A stretch of DNA of 64,000 bases. Origin: the human T2T-CHM13v2.0 reference genome, Homo sapiens. The stretch lies in NCBI RefSeq assembly GCF_009914755.1, contig NC_060930.1. One strand, 5' to 3'. The position numbers and the translations under genes were made by a program. Shown piece by piece: positions 63,795 through 64,000 of this stretch. The notes under the pieces were generated by a model. It searched no databases and was not told where the DNA came from. It worked only from the letters and a program-made list of their open reading frames with translations. The first letter of the stretch is position 1. Each line of letters starts with the position of its first letter.

Positions 63795-64000
63795 GGCCGG
63801 GCGCGGCGGCTCACGCCTGTAATCCCAGCACTTCGGGAGGCCCAGGCGGGTGGATCATGAGGTCAGGAGATCGAGACCATCCTGGCTAACAAGGTGAAAC
63901 CCCGTCTCTACTAAAAATACAAAAAATTAGCCGGGCGCGGTGGCGGGCGCCTGTAGTCCCAGCTACTCGGGAGGCTGAGGCAGGAGAATGGCGTGAACCC
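63795..64000 (+). mobile_element. AluYb8-lineage element, cut by the window edge
   Basis: Yb8 diagnostics GGGTGGATCATGAGG, GCTAACAAGGTG, GGGCGCGGTGGCGGG. Confidence 0.9.

Overview
Human non-coding DNA; the species call rests on the human-specific AluYb8- and AluYa5-lineage copies. The window is AT-rich, has no CpG island, and is dense in interspersed repeats. I count 37 Alu copies (about 11 kb, many with readable target-site duplications, TSDs). There are also old L1M/L2/MIR fragments, solo LTRs (MER4A1-like, MLT1, LTR16/33-like), DNA-transposon relics (Arthur1/MER69, MER63, MER20, MER53, MER58A, MER91, MARNA mariner) and microsatellites. I recognise no protein-coding exon, RNA gene or processed pseudogene; the ORF track is Alu/L1-derived or chance ORFs. 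The window is probably intergenic or deep intronic, and I cannot name the locus. I find no evidence of a novel biological system. The best second-look items are a near-pristine Ya-lineage Alu with no TSD, an AluY with a T-rich tail where its A-tail should be, a (GGAA)16 microsatellite, a CpG-retaining NF-Y/ARE promoter-like patch at about 45.7 kb, closely spaced inverted Alus, and candidate + strand non-coding exons. Subfamily names come from recalled consensus sequences and need RepeatMasker/Dfam confirmation; boundaries of old elements are approximate.
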